Shown here: one piece after another, positions 63,421 through 64,000 of the stretch
How positions within the stretch are numbered: the first letter of the stretch is position 1
How the letters are laid out: each line of letters opens with the position of its first letter
DNA from: Macrostomum lignano
Taxonomy: Eukaryota
Direction of reading: 5' to 3'
DNA length: 64,000 nt
Assembly (NCBI GenBank): GCA_002269645.1
Contig: NIVC01000257.1
Location: 372,001-436,000, forward strand
Translations under genes and position numbers: made by a program
Notes under the pieces: model-generated
Databases searched by the model: none
The model's input: the letters and a program-made list of their open reading frames with translations, nothing else
What the model was told of the DNA's origin: nothing

Positions 63421-63754
63421 GTGAGTTTATTGCATCGAGTTGCTGCATTAGCCAGCAGCAGCAGGGTTGAGCTGCACGTTTTCAACTATTTTGCTTTTCA
63501 AACTTCTATACCTTGCAGAGTGGGGTTTGGGGCATTATCCAATTCTCGTATTAGCTATTCTTAAAGCTTGTGTTTGCAAGCACAATAGCCCTTTAATTGC
63601 GCTGTTTCCAGTGGGCCATCGTGCATTATGCATGATTAAATAGTATAGACAGAATTGCTATGTATATATGCATTGCATAACAATATGTTTAAATTAAAAT
63701 ATTGAGTGAGAATTATCACAAATTAGCTGCGTGCCACATGCTCCATCATGTACG

Positions 63755-64000
63755 CCACCTATGCTTGGCGCCCTTATCAACCATGCTTGACGCCTCTATC
63801 ACCTATGCTTGGCGCCTCTATCACCCATGCTTGGCGCCTCTATCACCCATGCTTGGCGCCTCTATTACCTGCCTCTATCACCTATGCTTGGCGCCCTTAT
63901 CACCCATGCTTGGCGCCTCTATTACCTGCCTCTATCACCTATGATTGGCGCCCTTATCACCCATGCTTGGCGCCTCTATCAACTCTGCTTGGCGCCTCTA
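63755..64000. repeat. 22-bp minisatellite in ALDH2 intron (runs off window)
   Basis: Unit CACCCATGCTTGGCGCCTCTAT. Confidence 0.88.

Overview
Eukaryotic (animal) genomic DNA with GT-AG introns and GC-rich exons separated by AT-rich, repeat-laden stretches. The style (GACA microsatellites, many unrelated minisatellites, poly-Q/A/G tracts) suggests a flatworm such as Macrostomum; this is inference only. Seven protein-coding genes can be assembled by hand with phase-consistent splice sites. On the minus strand: a multi-SH3 protein (5' part), a Smad2/3-type R-Smad and N-acetylglucosamine kinase. On the plus strand: an RCC1-repeat protein (9 exons), MEF2, a DUSP19-like phosphatase and the 5' part of mitochondrial ALDH2. 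Roughly 40% of the window (manual estimate) is tandem repeat from more than 25 unrelated families. Mobile DNA includes several MITE/foldback elements, a BEL/Pao remnant and a Helitron-like element. The most unusual observations cluster on the Smad gene. Its MH1 exon has no in-frame ATG, its DNA-binding hairpin is missing, and its exon-1 splice donor is copied into a 7-unit tandem array beyond a 2.9-kb foldback element. Other highlights are a minisatellite built from RFX X-boxes and an apparent excess of sense-strand AG|GT motifs in intronic arrays. Most long ORFs in the supplied track are repeat artefacts.
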